In this document: one piece after another, positions 62,036-64,000 of the stretch
Layout: the number at the start of each line of letters is the position of its first letter
Position numbering within the stretch: the stretch's first letter is position 1
Source of the DNA: Lepidodermella squamata
Lineage: Eukaryota; Animalia; Gastrotricha
Assembly: GCA_047495785.1 (NCBI GenBank)
Contig: JBLDXI010000012.1
Span: 930,001 to 994,000 of the forward strand
Length of the DNA stretch: 64,000 nucleotides
Reading direction: 5' to 3'
Translations under genes and position numbers: made by a program
The notes under the pieces: generated by a model
What the model saw: the letters and a program-made list of their open reading frames with translations, nothing else
Database searches by the model: none
What the model was told of the DNA's origin: nothing

Positions 62036-64000
62036 CCAATCCGAAGATTGACAAAAGTAACAATTCAACCATGCGTTTTCAATGGAATCGATGATGGAAT
62101 ACTAATAATTTTAGTCTCATCTGCATATTAAACTTTAAAGTTAAAATAAGTTATTAGGTTTGAAAACAGAATGAAAAAAGTTAGGTCCCATCGAGATTTG
62201 AACTCGAGTCGCTGGATTCAGAGTCCAGAGTGCTAACCGCTACACCATGGGACCTTGCATAAAAATGAAGCCTTGTTTTGTATGTAATCCTAGATATCGC
62301 CTCTAGTTTACTAGGAAAAGTGATTCGTTGAAAAAAGAAATCGCTGCCAGTAGGATTTGAACCTACGCGCGGAGACCGCATCTGATTTCAAGTCAGACCC
62401 CTTAACCACTCGGGCATAGCAGCTTAGATTTTATCTCATTCAAAAAGCCCAAGCACATGATTGCAATAATGTTTGGAACAATAAAAATCAGATCAAGAGT
62501 CCAACTGTAAAAAAATTAATTTAATAATTTTTTATTTCAATTATTTTTAAGGAGACATTTTTTTAATTATTTCTCCATGACCATTCCTTTTGAGAATCCC
62601 TAAAGAGTCGGGTCCCCTACAGAGCAGCAGGCTTCAAAGCAAGATAAACTCGAAAAGCGGTGCAAACGTCACGCAACAATAAATCGAATTAATTACGATA
62701 AAATTCGGCGTAGTTTTCTGAATATGGACTCATCATAACTTTAGTAGTCCGGCCTATGCATTTTGAAAAAATTTCGAAAAACGACTTTTTCGACCAAAGT
62801 GAGGTCTGAGTCACATTACGGAGTTTTGATGACTTATGTTCCTCAATTTTTGGTGTGAAAAGCTAGAATAGCTGACCATCATGTTAGTCCATTGGTTGAA
62901 AATCAGAGGCTAAGCCTGAGCGCCTGCTGAGAGGACTGTTTAGTGCGTTTTCCCTGCTTTGAAGCCTGCTGCTCTGTGGGGGACCCAAAGAGTCAGATGA
63001 TTTCGCAACGATCTATCAATAAAAATCAGATAATTTCAAAAATGGAGAAAAATGGAAAAAAAACTCTAGGCCTGGCGGCGGAATGCTGAAAATAGCATAT
63101 AGGTAAATAAAAAATCGGGTCCAATCAAAGTTCTTCGAAAAAGTTAAAAAAAAGTTAAAAAAAATTGTCATTTGTAGCTTTTAGAGTTTCAAACTCTTTC
63201 ATTTTGTTCAATAAAAGTTCCCCACTATCAGAGAATTTGCGATTCATCTACAAGCAGAAATTTGACACAGTTAATTTTTATGATTTCGATAATCTCCGAT
63301 TTTCATCAAATTAGGAGGCCATAATTTGCGCGCATACAAACATAAGAAAAATAATTATAATTTTCTCTAAAAAATTATCATCTTTTACCTTCAAGTAAAG
63401 ACATAACTCCAGTGTCTTGATCCAGTAACGTCAACGGAGACGCAATGCCAGGCGTTCCAGCGCCACTCGCAGCCTGGCCAGTGCCTCGCAGTCGCATGTT
63501 GCCTTTCGGCGTTTCAATAACCCGATGAATGAAACCAGTACTCGTCAAATAGTCCCCAAGCGCCGCCTCAGATAACACTGCGAAATAAACCGATTCGATT
63601 TGACACGCGCCGGGTAGTGAGCTGTTAGGATCCAACCCAGCCGCGCCACGAATCGCCCTTTCCAGGCTCAAATCAACCGAAACTACAAAATCCACCGCTG
63701 ACATAGACGCATTAGTCGATGAATATATCGGCACGTGAGGCTGTTGCTGCGACTCGGAATTAATGGGTACCGGCTCCAATAACACCGACCCAATCGTCAC
63801 AAATTTACGATTAGCGGTCGTACCCATCGAATCGTTGATCATAACGCCGAAAGACAGGTCTTTAATCAACAAACCAATCGGGTTATTGAAAGTCGCAGTC
63901 TGTTCCGGTTCAGTGATTGTGACGTTCAATTTCGTGTTCGCCTTACTAGCCTGTTCCGGTTTAAACACCCTAGCCGACCAGCCGTAGTGCGCGTCGACAT
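61524..64000 (-). CDS. Uncharacterised protein, 3' part; exons >64000-63389 and 61906-61524
   Basis: Donor GAAG|GTAAAA and acceptor ttttatcag join ORFs 63378-63968 and 61524-61763 in phase 1 with no stops. Confidence 0.7.
61947..62052 (-). ncRNA. U6: U6 snRNA, copy 4 (intronic)
   Basis: Reverse complement of the canonical U6 sequence, with flanks unrelated to the other copies. Confidence 0.97.
62183..62254 (-). tRNA. tRNA-Gln(CTG), second copy
   Basis: Same sequence as 60421-60492. Confidence 0.96.
62342..62423 (-). tRNA. tRNA-Ser(TGA), second copy
   Basis: Same sequence as 60568-60649. Confidence 0.95.
62610..62986. mobile_element. MITE with ~32-bp TIRs and 8-bp TSD AAAGAGTC (Merlin- or hAT-like)
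   Basis: aaagagtc-gggtcccctacagagcagcaggcttcaaagca ... tgctttgaagcctgctgctctgtgggggaccc-aaagagtc. Confidence 0.85.

Overview
Compact-genome metazoan (invertebrate) DNA: AT-rich intergenic sequence, mostly 50-60 bp GT-AG introns, no prokaryotic features. The left part (1-23 kb) holds an SLC66A3-like PQ-loop gene plus a degenerate paralogue, a small heat-shock protein (sHSP) with a GYPT-repeat tail, and a two-exon GPI-anchored Ly6/three-finger gene that the ORF track misses. It also holds two non-catalytic trypsin-fold homologues, two atypical Cys-loop ion-channel subunits and a thioester protein (TEP/CD109/A2M family). From 23.7 to 58.5 kb there is a tandemly amplified, mosaic gene array. It contains 5 copies of an unrecognised secreted, very basic protein with (Ser-X)n blocks, 3 sHSPs with an unusual GAE-repeat N-terminal domain, 3 clan-2 cytochrome P450s, 3 U6 snRNA genes, 2 protease pseudogenes, tRNA-like remnants and several MITEs. 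The right end has another protease homologue and an unknown gene. Their introns carry tRNA-Gln/tRNA-Ser pairs and a fourth U6. The best candidates for undescribed biology are the co-amplified basic (SX)n protein plus GAE-sHSP cassette, and the non-canonical Cys-loop channels next to a Ly6 gene. All calls come from reading the sequence by eye. No database searches were run and the species was not identified.
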